Shown here: one piece after another, positions 9,505-18,899 of the stretch
Position numbering within the stretch: position 1 is the first letter of the stretch
Layout: every line of letters begins with the position of its first letter
Source: Thermoleophilia bacterium
GTDB lineage: Bacteria; Actinomycetota; Thermoleophilia; RBG-16-64-13
Length of the DNA: 51,863 nt
Direction: 5' to 3'
Assembly: GCA_040768135.1 (NCBI GenBank)
Contig: JAXGNF010000008.1
Span: forward strand, 1-51,863
Notes under the pieces: generated by a model
The model's database searches: none
The model's input: only the letters and a program-made list of their open reading frames with translations
Told to the model about the DNA's origin: nothing
Translations under genes and position numbers: made by a program

Positions 9505-10695
9505 GTGAAAATTCTTCAGCTCGGGGTAGGCTCCGTAGGAGAAGTGACGGCGCGAATCCTCGCCTCCATCCCTGAAGTCGAATCGGTGACGCTGGCCGAT
9601 ATCGACGAGCAGAGACTGGCCGCAGTGGCCCCCAAACTCCCTCTCGGCAAAGGCCAGACCCGCCCACTGGACGTTGAGGACAAAGAAGCACTCGTCAGGA
9701 CGCTGTCCGAGGTCGACTTCGTTATCAACGCCCTCATCCCCGAATACAACCTCGACGTCATGAACGCCTGTCTTGAGACCGGCACCCACTACCTCGACAT
9801 GGCGGCCGCCGGACCCCGTGACATAGTCGGCACAGCCGATGTAGACGAGGAGATCGCCCTGGACGACGAATTCAGGCGTAAGGGGCTCACCGCTCTAGTC
9901 TTTTTTGGGATGGACCCAGGAGCGACCGACGTGTTTGCCCGGGCCCTTTACGACGAGTTCGATACCCTCGAGAGGCTGACCGTATACGACGGCGACAACA
10001 GCTCCGCCGATGGGGTCGACTTCGCCCCCGGTTTCTCTCCCAGCACTATGGTCGAGGAGTGCCTCATCCTCCCGCCGCACGCCTTTGAGGACGGTAGGAT
10101 CATCCGCAGGGAGCCCTTGACGGTTTCGAGGGAGTTCGACTTCCCTGCGCCGGTCGGGCGCATGCGAGTATGGAACGTTGACCACGAAGAGTCGCAACTG
10201 ATGCCTATGTACCTCCAAGGCAAGGGACTCCGGTACGCCGACTTCTTCATTGCGCTCGCCGACGAATGGGTTGATCTTCTGCTCGTCTGGCGTAAGCTCG
10301 GTTTTGCTCACAACAAAGAGATCGAGTTCGAGGGAGCGCGCTTCCGACCCCTCGACCTACTGGTATCCCGGCTACCGCGATCGGTCGACCTAATCGGCAG
10401 GTTGCACGGCGCTGCCTGCGTCGGGACTCTGGGCGAAGGGACCAAGGGCGGGAAGCCTGTACGCCGCTTCATGTATCAAACCACTTCTCATGACGAAGCC
10501 TTCGCGAAATTCGGTGTCCAAGGTACCGGCTTTCAGACTGGTGTCCCGGCTGCAGCCGCTGCTGTGATGCTTGTGCGAGGTCTGGTGGGTGAGACCGGAG
10601 TACTGGCACCCGAGCGCATCGACCCTGGCCCGTTCCTTGAACTGATGACGACTCTGGGAGCACCTTGGGGGGTGGTGGACCTCCCTCCGGAGTAG
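9505..10695 (+). CDS. Saccharopine dehydrogenase family oxidoreductase (carboxy(nor)spermidine dehydrogenase-like)
   Basis: GVGSVG Rossmann motif, HYLDMA, GMDPG.T, HEE, TGVPA and G...PE..DP.PF; strong AAGGAGGAG RBS. Confidence 0.82.
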   Translation: MKILQLGVGSVGEVTARILASIPEVESVTLADIDEQRLAAVAPKLPLGKGQTRPLDVEDKEALVRTLSEVDFVINALIPEYNLDVMNACLETGTHYLDMAAAGPRDIVGTADVDEEIALDDEFRRKGLTALVFFGMDPGATDVFARALYDEFDTLERLTVYDGDNSSADGVDFAPGFSPSTMVEECLILPPHAFEDGRIIRREPLTVSREFDFPAPVGRMRVWNVDHEESQLMPMYLQGKGLRYADFFIALADEWVDLLLVWRKLGFAHNKEIEFEGARFRPLDLLVSRLPRSVDLIGRLHGAACVGTLGEGTKGGKPVRRFMYQTTSHDEAFAKFGVQGTGFQTGVPAAAAAVMLVRGLVGETGVLAPERIDPGPFLELMTTLGAPWGVVDLPPE

Positions 10696-10801
10696 ACCCG
10701 GACCATGTAGCCGGGTCGACGAAAACCCGGCACGGCCGCCGGGCGGGCCCTGTCTGCCAGTGATATAGCGGTAGTCCAACACGGCCGCCGGACACGTAAG
10801 G

Positions 10802-10928
10802 TATACTATCTCGACCATATTACAGACACGGTTGTCCCCGCGCTCTTCTGCCCAAGACTCGAATGGATCAACTGCGTCTACAACGGCAGTGCATCCAGAG
10901 AGACGCACGGCAAGGAGCAATACCCTAT
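10802..10928 (+). promoter_or_regulatory. -10 element (TATACT) and about 115-nt structured 5' UTR of the DEAD-box helicase gene
   Basis: TATACT at 10802-10807; complementary segments at 10864-10907; AAGGAG at 10912-10917. Confidence 0.5.
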
Positions 10929-12206
10929 ATGAGTTTCGCTGAACTAGGCCTGGAGCCAGGCCTCCTCAAAGCCGTACACGACCTCGGCTACCTCGATCCC
11001 ACCCCCATCCAAGAACAGGCGATCCCGCTCGCTCTCGCCGGACGCGACATACTTGGTTGTGCTCAGACCGGCACCGGCAAGACGGCGGCCTTCATCCTAC
11101 CCGCCCTCCAGTTGACCAAGCCCCTTACCGTCCCTGCGGCCTACGCTGCACGGGACAACGGAGGAGGGGCCCGCGGCCGCCGAGGCGCCGCTGCGACCCG
11201 AGTCGTCACCACTCTTGTCGTCACCCCTACGCGCGAGTTGGCCGGACAGATCGAAGAAGTAGCACGGGCCTGCGCCAAATACTCTGACCGGCGCGTCACG
11301 GCCGTCTATGGAGGTGTCGGCTACGACCCGCAACTGAAGAAACTGCGCAAAGGGATAGACCTACTGGTCGCCACTCCCGGACGATTGCTTGACCTACACC
11401 AGCGGGGTGACGTCGATCTTTCCCATGTGCAGATCCTCGTCCTTGACGAAGCCGACCGGATGCTCGACATGGGCTTCTGGCCCGATGTGCGCCGTATCCT
11501 CAGCCTCTTGCCCCCAAGCCGGCAGAACATGCTTTTCTCGGCCACATTGTCGAGCGACGTCATGCGCGTCGCCGGGCCTACTCTCACCAACCCGGCGCGA
11601 GTGGAGGTCGCACCCAGCGCCACGCCCGTTGAGGCCATCTCGCAGGCCGTGTACCCGGTAGCGGAGCCTCAGAAGATCGACCTGCTTGTGCGCCTTCTCG
11701 AGGAGGAGAAGCTCGATAGGGTGCTGGTCTTCACCCGCACCAAGCACCGGGCCGACCGTGTGTGCCGCCAACTCGAGCGCAACCGCATCCGCGGGGCGGC
11801 CATCCATTCGAACCGCACTCAGGCCCAGCGTCAGCGGGCCCTCGACGGATTCAAAGACGGCACCTACCGAGTGCTGGTGGCCACCGATATCGTAGCTCGC
11901 GGCATCGACGTCGACGGTATCTCCCACGTGATCAACTACGACCTGCCCTCTCAGGCCCAGGACTACGTACACCGTATCGGCCGTACGGCTCGTGCGGGAG
12001 CCTCGGGGGCGGCCATAAGCTTCTTGGCTGCCGAACAGGCAGGCGAACTCCGACAGATCGAGGTTATGCTCGGAGAACCTCTACCCTGTCGTGACCTTGA
12101 AGGCTTCACTTACATGCAGCGCCTGATACCTAATCCCAATCGGACGGCGAAGAAACCCAAACCCCGCCTTATATACAACGGCAGCGCCCGCAGACGCTAC
12201 CGGTAA
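10929..12206 (+). CDS. rhlE: DEAD-box RNA helicase (RhlE-like)
   Basis: Q motif PTPIQ, AQTGTGKT, PTRELA, TPGRL, DEADRMLDMGF, SAT, ARGID, HRIGRTAR. Confidence 0.9.
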   Translation: MSFAELGLEPGLLKAVHDLGYLDPTPIQEQAIPLALAGRDILGCAQTGTGKTAAFILPALQLTKPLTVPAAYAARDNGGGARGRRGAAATRVVTTLVVTPTRELAGQIEEVARACAKYSDRRVTAVYGGVGYDPQLKKLRKGIDLLVATPGRLLDLHQRGDVDLSHVQILVLDEADRMLDMGFWPDVRRILSLLPPSRQNMLFSATLSSDVMRVAGPTLTNPARVEVAPSATPVEAISQAVYPVAEPQKIDLLVRLLEEEKLDRVLVFTRTKHRADRVCRQLERNRIRGAAIHSNRTQAQRQRALDGFKDGTYRVLVATDIVARGIDVDGISHVINYDLPSQAQDYVHRIGRTARAGASGAAISFLAAEQAGELRQIEVMLGEPLPCRDLEGFTYMQRLIPNPNRTAKKPKPRLIYNGSARRRYR

Positions 12207-12332
12207 TAGACGCGGAGGGGGCTGGCATTAGCTCCCGACTGAAGCGCCCATGTCCGGCGCTCCGGCCGAAAAGCCAGGACGCAGCAGCCCAAAACGCATC
12301 ACTCCGGCGCTCCCGCCGGCGTCTCTGTTAGC

Positions 12333-13325
12333 ATGACCACGATGGACGCCAACCCAGATGACATTCGAGAGCGGCCGGGCCCGACCCCTGAAGTGCTCTC
12401 TCAGTCGCCCGAAACGGGAGCCCAGCCACCCGGCGATGTGCTGCCGCCGTGCGACACGACGCCCCGGCCACCCGCAGATGTGAAGCAAGCGGCGGCCCTC
12501 GTCCGCGCCAACCGCGATCTGTGGGACGCCTGGACCGACCTTCACGTGAAGAGCGAGTTCTACGATGTCGAGGGCTTCAAGCAGGGACGCGATACCCTGG
12601 ACGCGGTGGAGTTGGAGGGTGTCGGAGACGTTCAAGGTAAGACCCTCCTGCATCTGCAGTGTCACTTCGGGCTCGACACGCTGTCGTGGGCGCGTCACGG
12701 CGCCCGGGTGACGGGGGTCGACTTCTCCCGAAGGGCGGTCGCTCATGCCCGGCGCCTGGCGCGCGAGGTGGGAATCGAGGCCCGTTTTGTCCAGGCGGAC
12801 GTTGCCGATACCGCAGCGGTACTCACCGTGTTGGCCGGGGACCGTTTCGACGTGGTCTTCACTTCGTACGGGACAATCTCCTGGATCCCCGACCTCCGCC
12901 CGTGGGCCTGCACGATCGCCGGTACTCTCAATCCGGGTGGCGTGTTCTTCATCGCCGACGCCCATCCCTTCGCCTGGGTCTTTGACGATGGACTCCCCGA
13001 ACCTGCGCTCCACTTCCGTTACGGCTACTTCGACCGAAACGCCCTCCGCTGGGACGAGAAAGGCTCTTATGCAGCCCCCGATCCCGACTTCGCCGGGGTG
13101 TCCTACTCATGGCAACATACGTTCGAAGATATCGGCGGGGCCCTTATCGAGGCAGGCCTACACATCACCTCTTTACGCGAATATCCCTACTTGGCTTGGC
13201 GCTGGTTCCCGTGGATGGTGAAGGACGCCGAAGGCTACTATCGGCTACCCGACGGGATGCCCGAGATACCGCTGATGTTCTCGCTAACGGCTACCAAGCC
13301 GCTCATGTCCCCGTCGGACCCCTGA
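12333..13325 (+). CDS. Class I SAM-dependent methyltransferase
   Basis: LLHLQCHFGLDTLSWAR.GA.VTGVDFS, FDVVFTSYG...W.PDL motifs; start may be ATG 12342. Confidence 0.88.
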   Translation: MTTMDANPDDIRERPGPTPEVLSQSPETGAQPPGDVLPPCDTTPRPPADVKQAAALVRANRDLWDAWTDLHVKSEFYDVEGFKQGRDTLDAVELEGVGDVQGKTLLHLQCHFGLDTLSWARHGARVTGVDFSRRAVAHARRLAREVGIEARFVQADVADTAAVLTVLAGDRFDVVFTSYGTISWIPDLRPWACTIAGTLNPGGVFFIADAHPFAWVFDDGLPEPALHFRYGYFDRNALRWDEKGSYAAPDPDFAGVSYSWQHTFEDIGGALIEAGLHITSLREYPYLAWRWFPWMVKDAEGYYRLPDGMPEIPLMFSLTATKPLMSPSDP

Positions 13326-13334
13326 CGTCCCCTC

Positions 13335-13800
13335 GTGAGGATCGCCAGCGCCTCCCAAGACGAGATCACCATGGTCCTCGCACTGGTCGAGGAATTCTCT
13401 GCCGAACCTGGGGGCTAAGAACGGGAGTTCGCCAGCGTTGACTGCAGCAGGCTCCGAGAAATCACCGTCCGTTTCGCGGATTCCGGCCGACCCTTGGCCC
13501 TCTTGGCCCAAGACGACAGCGGCACGGAGATCAGAGTCCAGGTTCTTTCTGAGAGTCTCGCCCTCTACGCCGGGGCCAAAGACCGCGTGATCAATGAGGG
13601 GTGCGCGGACTCCAGGCACCGCAGACGAGGCGTGAATCCAGCATTGGTCGAAGAGGGCGTGGATAATTTATACGAGAAACCCATTTCAAGCCCACGAGGG
13701 CCGAGCTCCGCCGACCCGCGCGGCTCCCACCCGGTAGACTGACGTTCCACCGGTCTGCACCAGGTTCGAGTGGTCCTCCCTCGGGGACCCAAAGGCCAAG
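13335..13800 (+). pseudogene. Decayed GNAT N-acetyltransferase
   Basis: Frame reads VRIASASQDEITMVLALVEEFSAEPGG*EREF...LSESLALYAGAKDRVINEG...RHRRRGV, with in-frame TAA at 13416-13418 and TGA at 13740-13742. The 3' end is approximate. Confidence 0.65.
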
Positions 13801-13916
13801 AGCCGACACTGTCTGTCGTCCCTCCGCATCCCTCTGATGGCCCTACATACCCTCCGTGGTACCCTCTAGTCTGCGCAGCGAGCGAATACGACCTTCTGAC
13901 TTGGGGGAGACATCAC

Positions 13917-14408
13917 GTGGCGACCCGAGCAACGATCGAGTCCAACCTCGAGGACATACTCGACATTCACAACGACACGGTTTCCCAGACAATGGCGACC
14001 TTGGATCCTGCGTCCCAGGCCGTAGGCCGTGAGAAGACCCGCCTCACCGGTCATCGCCCCCCAGACTATGCCACCCTCTTCAAGAACGACGGGCCTGTGC
14101 TTGAATGGGGGTCTCTTAGCGCGCACCGCTCCTGCCCCAGCTCCCGCCGCATCACAGAAGGTGCGGTCTGCTTACCACCAAACACCTACAGGCGGACGGT
14201 GGGTGCAAAACTGCCACGCGATCTGGTCGGCCTCGCTGCCCGAAATGGTTCCCATACCCTCGTCGGACTCATCGCCAAGGAGCATCCGAACAGCGACGGT
14301 CCGGCCGCTGCGATCGGGTTGCTACGCATCGGTACGTCCGCGGAGTTTGATTGCAGGTACGACCGATGGCTCAACATCACCGTTCATCGGCACAAGCCCG
14401 GATCGTGA
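13917..14408 (+). pseudogene. Heavily degenerate YncA/Pat-type GNAT acetyltransferase (ORF still open)
   Basis: GGGGAGA RBS then GTG. ILDIHND.V....ATLD, VLEWGSLS, ITEGAV and RYDRWLNI parallel the Pat family, but the acetyl-CoA R/QxxGxG motif reads YRRTVG. Confidence 0.6.
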
Positions 14409-17050
14409 ACAACTTGATTCCACCGGGCAACGCCCGGCCCGATCCCGAGGCAACTTCCGATCCCGAGGCAACTTCCGATCCCGGAACAGCTTCTGATGCC
14501 AGAGCAGCTACTGATGCAAGAGTAGCTTCCGATAACGAGACAACTCTCGAGCGGGACGGCCCCCGAACGTCCGGTCTAACCTCCGCTCAGGTCCGCGACC
14601 GCATTGAGGCAGGCCAGACCAATGTCACACCACGACCCGGGGGGCATACTACCTGGGACATCATCCGCACCAACGTCTTCACCTGGTTCAACCTCATTCT
14701 AGGGGTCCTCTTTGTGGCGGTGATCAGCTTCGGGTCTTGGAAGGACGGGCTGTTCGGAGCCATCATCGTCGTCAACGCACTCATCGGAATCGTCCAAGAG
14801 ATGCGGGCAAAAATCGCCCTCGATCGGCTCTCAGTCCTTACGGCCCCCGCCACAAAAGTCATCCGGGATGGTCGGGAACAAGAAATCCCAGTAGCCGAAG
14901 TGGTGCTCGATGACGTGGTCCGTATCACCGCGGGTGATCAGATTGTAGCCGACGGTGAGACTCTTGAGTCCCGCAGTCTCGAGGTGGATGAGTCGCTCCT
15001 CACAGGGGAGTCGGTGCCGGTGACCAAGACCCTGGGCGATCCCCTTCTCTCGGGCAGCTTCGTGGTGGCGGGAAGCGGCATGTTCCGGACCACCGCGGTG
15101 GGATCCGCTGCCTATGCCCAGCGACTGACGGGGGAAGGGAGACGTTACGAACGCCTCCGCTCCGACTTGGTCACGGGTATCAACAACATACTCCGCGTGA
15201 TCGGGGTAGGCATCATCCCCGTCGGCGCATTCCTGATCTGGGCTCAGTTTCGCATGGACGCATCCCTAGTCCACGGTGTCAACAACACGGTCGCAGCCCT
15301 AGTGGCTATGGTGCCGCAAGGCCTGGTCCTTCTGACCAGCATCGCCTTCGCCGTTTCGGCCGTCACACTGGCTCGGCGAAAAGTCCTTACCCGAGAACTG
15401 CCGGCTGTGGAAGGCCTTGCCCGCGTAGACGTCCTTTGCATCGACAAAACCGGCACCATAACCGAGCCGCGCCCTGCGTTCGAGCGGTTCGAGGGGTTGC
15501 CACTGGTACCGCCGATGATATCGAAAGCAGACCCGACAACGACTGCCGGGCAGATGCGCGACAGCCAGAATCCGAGCCCCGATGCCCTCTCTCTCAAGGT
15601 CCTCGGCCTCATGGCAAATACGGCCTCGGGCCGCAACTCCACTTTCGATGCCATAGGTGAGGCGCTGCCGGCTCCTGAGGGTTGGATCATCGACGATTCG
15701 GTCCCCTTCTCTTCCGCCCGCAAATGGAGCGCCATGCGTATCGCGGGCCGAGGCTCTTGGGTCCTGGGGGCCCCGGAAATCATAGCCGACGGAGCCTCCG
15801 CCGGCCCCCCACCGTCTGAGACTCCGGTAGATGCCCCTTCTGAGGCGGCCGGCAACACTCAAGCGCGCGCCCGGGCGGCCGCTTTGGCCGACGAGGGGCT
15901 CCGGGTGCTGCTTCTCTCCCATACGGATGCCGGTCTGAACGGTGAGGTCCTGCCCTCGGGCCTTCGGCCCGTAGGCCTGGTCATCCTGAGCGAACGAGTG
16001 CGCTCTGATGCTCCGCGGACCCTTGCTTACTTCCAAGAGCAGGGAGTGGAGATCAAGGTGATCTCCGGCGACAACCCAGCCACGGTTGCCACCATCGCCG
16101 CAAAAGCCGGTGTTCCCGGCGCAGAAAGGGCCGTAGACGCCCGCACGCTCCCGGAGGGCGAGGAGTTGGCTGAGATCATGGAGGCGACCACGGTGTTCGG
16201 TCGTGTCGATCCCGACCAGAAACGGGCCATGGTCGAAGCCCTGCAGAGCCGGGGTCACACGGTAGCCATGACCGGTGATGGGGTGAACGACGTGCTCGCC
16301 CTGAAGAGAGCCGACATGGGGATAGCCATGGGCAGCGGGACGGCGGCGGCCCAGGCGGTGTCGCAGTTGGTGCTGGTCGACTCCCGCTTTTCGACTTTGC
16401 CGGATGTGGTAGCCGAGGGCAGGCGGGTAACGGCCAATATCGAGCGCGTGTCAAAGATGTTCACGACCAAGAGCGTCTGGGCCGCCATCTTGGCCATTGC
16501 GGTGGCGGCCCTCACCATTTCCTATCCGATCTTGCCCCGGCACCTGACCATCATCGACGGCCTGGTGATCGGCATTCCCGGTTTTTTCCTGGCCCTTGCT
16601 CCCAATCCGCGCCGCTTCATTCCCGGCTTTGTGTTCCGCATGGCCCGCTTCGTCATACCCACCGGTGTACTTGCGGGTATCGCCATGCTCCTCTCTTATC
16701 TGCTGCTCCGCAGGCTGGGAGCCTCGGTCGCCGAGGCTCAGACGATGGAGACCATCATCTTCTGTATCGTCGGGTGGCGCGTGATCGCGGCGATCGAGCG
16801 TCCTCTGCGCGGATGGCGATTGTGGCTGGTGCTCGCCATGGTGATGCTCCTCATCGGCGCCTTCGCCATCCCGTTTACCCGGGACTTCTTCGCCCTCGAT
16901 CTACCAGCATGGCCTGTGGCTGCAGCAACAGCCGGAGCCTGCGTATTCGCCTGGTTCTTCGTAGGGTTAGGATGGCGTATCGGCGCCCGGCTCCCGTTCT
17001 GGAAAGAAGCGGCCGCCCAAGAGGAACAAGCCCGCAGGACCGCAGACTGA
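14405..17050 (+). CDS. P-type (HAD-IC) cation-transporting ATPase, CtpE-like
   Basis: DESLLTGES, DKTGT phosphorylation site, FSSARKWS, ISGDN, MTGDGVND; GTG start overlaps the upstream TGA (GTGA 14405-14408). Confidence 0.92.
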   Translation: MNNLIPPGNARPDPEATSDPEATSDPGTASDARAATDARVASDNETTLERDGPRTSGLTSAQVRDRIEAGQTNVTPRPGGHTTWDIIRTNVFTWFNLILGVLFVAVISFGSWKDGLFGAIIVVNALIGIVQEMRAKIALDRLSVLTAPATKVIRDGREQEIPVAEVVLDDVVRITAGDQIVADGETLESRSLEVDESLLTGESVPVTKTLGDPLLSGSFVVAGSGMFRTTAVGSAAYAQRLTGEGRRYERLRSDLVTGINNILRVIGVGIIPVGAFLIWAQFRMDASLVHGVNNTVAALVAMVPQGLVLLTSIAFAVSAVTLARRKVLTRELPAVEGLARVDVLCIDKTGTITEPRPAFERFEGLPLVPPMISKADPTTTAGQMRDSQNPSPDALSLKVLGLMANTASGRNSTFDAIGEALPAPEGWIIDDSVPFSSARKWSAMRIAGRGSWVLGAPEIIADGASAGPPPSETPVDAPSEAAGNTQARARAAALADEGLRVLLLSHTDAGLNGEVLPSGLRPVGLVILSERVRSDAPRTLAYFQEQGVEIKVISGDNPATVATIAAKAGVPGAERAVDARTLPEGEELAEIMEATTVFGRVDPDQKRAMVEALQSRGHTVAMTGDGVNDVLALKRADMGIAMGSGTAAAQAVSQLVLVDSRFSTLPDVVAEGRRVTANIERVSKMFTTKSVWAAILAIAVAALTISYPILPRHLTIIDGLVIGIPGFFLALAPNPRRFIPGFVFRMARFVIPTGVLAGIAMLLSYLLLRRLGASVAEAQTMETIIFCIVGWRVIAAIERPLRGWRLWLVLAMVMLLIGAFAIPFTRDFFALDLPAWPVAAATAGACVFAWFFVGLGWRIGARLPFWKEAAAQEEQARRTAD
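14441..14548 (+). repeat. 18-bp in-frame tandem repeat, 6 units (DPEATS-like)
   Basis: GATCCCGAGGCAACTTCC twice exactly, then four progressively diverged units. Confidence 0.9.
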
Positions 17051-17090
17051 TAGAATCCCCGAACGTCCACCCTCCCCCTGGCTTCATTCT

Positions 17091-18197
17091 CTAGGCCAGA
17101 TTCTCAGGATTGAGGCCCTCCAGGCCGGGCAGAACAAACCGCCCGTCTTTGCGCACCAGGACGTCGTCGAAATAGATCTCGCCGCCCCCCCACTTGGGTG
17201 TCTGGATCAGCACCAAGTCCCAGTGGATACTAGAGCGATTGCCGTTGTCGGCATCCTCGTAGGCCCGTCCAAGGGCGATATGCAGGCTGCCGCCGATCTT
17301 CTCATCGAACAGAGTATCTTTCATGGGCCGATCGATGCGGGGGTTCAGACCCAGGGCGAATTCACCCAGGTAGCGGGCTCCTTCATCGGTGTCGAGCATG
17401 GTCCGCAACCGCTCGGGTTCCCCGGCATCACTGTCGACCACCCGGCCGTCTTTGAAGACAAGCTTGATGCGTTCATATGTCACCCCATCCTCAAGAGAGG
17501 GTGTGTTGAAGAGGATCGTGCCATTCACCGACTCCCGCACTGGAGCCGTGTAGATCTCTCCGTCGGGGATGTTGTTCTTGCCGGCAGCCTTAAGAATCGG
17601 GATACCCTTGATGGAAAGTGATAGATCGGTGCCCGGGGCGACGATACGCACTCTATCAGTGTTTTGCATCAGCTCGACTAATGGGTCCATGGCCTTGTCC
17701 ATACGGGCGTAGTCCAAAGTCGAGACGTCCAGGCAGAAATCCTCGAAGGCCTGAGTGGACATACCGGCTGCCTGTGCGGCCGAAGGCGTGGGATAGCGAA
17801 GTAGGACCCACTTCTTCTTCTCATACAGCTCCATGAGCGGCTCAGCGGCCAGATGAGAGGCCTCCATAATGTGTCCAGGTACATCGGACAGTTCTGAGGC
17901 GTTGGCGCCGGCCAGCACCGACACCATGGCATCTACGTCTTCTAAGCGGTTCATTTCCCATGAGATCCGCAAGTCCATCTGCTCTCTTGTGGCACCCAGA
18001 AGCCAGACGCGGCGGAGCCGCTCGTCGCCGAACTCCACGTAGGGGACAGCACGGCGCACGTAGGCTGCCTCGACCAAGGCGATCAGTAGGTCTAACGACC
18101 CGGACTCTCCCGCGATGAGAACCTTGTCCCCCGGCCGGAGGTCCAGTGAATAGTCGAGCAGATTAGCGGCCAGTTTGTCCAACCGAGGGTCCTTCAT
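17091..18197 (-). CDS. Aminopeptidase, M29 (AmpS/AmpT) family
   Basis: NIPDGEIYTAP, TDEGARYLGEFALG, LFDEKIGGSLHIALG, SSIHWD. Confidence 0.92.
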   Translation of the reverse strand: MKDPRLDKLAANLLDYSLDLRPGDKVLIAGESGSLDLLIALVEAAYVRRAVPYVEFGDERLRRVWLLGATREQMDLRISWEMNRLEDVDAMVSVLAGANASELSDVPGHIMEASHLAAEPLMELYEKKKWVLLRYPTPSAAQAAGMSTQAFEDFCLDVSTLDYARMDKAMDPLVELMQNTDRVRIVAPGTDLSLSIKGIPILKAAGKNNIPDGEIYTAPVRESVNGTILFNTPSLEDGVTYERIKLVFKDGRVVDSDAGEPERLRTMLDTDEGARYLGEFALGLNPRIDRPMKDTLFDEKIGGSLHIALGRAYEDADNGNRSSIHWDLVLIQTPKWGGGEIYFDDVLVRKDGRFVLPGLEGLNPENLA

Positions 18198-18417
18198 CCT
18201 CCGGTCCTTTCTCGTACAGGCTCCAGCGTCAGTGCAGGGCCTCTCTCAACAGATATTCGATGCGATCGTTGACACTCCACAGCCCAGACGATCTACGCTC
18301 CACAAGCGCAATGACTGTTAAGGATACTCCATGAAAACCGCATCACCCCTCATGGTTCGGCCACGTCTCTCGGGTTACAATCCCGGGCGGCAGATTCCCT
18401 AAACGGCGGGAGACGAA

Positions 18418-18885
18418 ATGCTGAAGAACTATCCGGTGGTCGTCGACATCGTAGTGCGGTGGGGGGATCAGGACTATCTTGGGCACGTCAACAACATCAT
18501 GTACCTGCAGTACTTCGAAACGGCCCGCATCGAATACCTCATGCGACTGGGGATCGATCCTCCGGGACCGACCTGGCAGGAAGCAGGTCTCATCATCAAG
18601 TCCGTCAGTTGCCGTTTCTTAGCCCCCGTGACTTTTCCCGACACACTGGCCGTGGGAGCACGTATCTCCTCCATCGGGGACGACCAAGTAGTAATGGAGC
18701 ACGCCGCTTACAGCCGGAAGCTGGAAAGACCGGCCGCCAAAGGCGACGCCGTCATCGTTTCGTACGACTATGTGGCCGGCACGCGCACCCCGTTCCCCCC
18801 AGAGACTCTCGCCGCCATCACAACGCTTGAGGGCAAAGAGCTACCGCAGACCGGCAGGCCCAGCGGCTCTAGCAAGGACCAGTAA
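18418..18885 (+). CDS. Acyl-CoA thioesterase (4HBT/YbgC hotdog fold)
   Basis: VRWGDQDYLGHVNN.MY..YFETAR. Confidence 0.9.
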   Translation: MLKNYPVVVDIVVRWGDQDYLGHVNNIMYLQYFETARIEYLMRLGIDPPGPTWQEAGLIIKSVSCRFLAPVTFPDTLAVGARISSIGDDQVVMEHAAYSRKLERPAAKGDAVIVSYDYVAGTRTPFPPETLAAITTLEGKELPQTGRPSGSSKDQ

Positions 18886-18899
18886 CCTACCGCCCGACC

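Noticed and set aside
13323-13325. In-frame TGA after the methyltransferase as a selenocysteine/readthrough codon
   Set aside because: Not at a Cys-equivalent position, no clear SECIS, and a TAA follows 31 codons later.
14441-14548. Short repeats here, at 37393-37457 and at 45341-45430 as CRISPR arrays
   Set aside because: Head-to-tail repeats with no unique spacers, mostly in-frame coding, and no cas genes.
18269-18299. TTGACA...TACGCT promoter suggesting an sRNA in the 18198-18417 gap
   Set aside because: The 19-nt spacer is suboptimal, and there is no terminator or convincing structure downstream.
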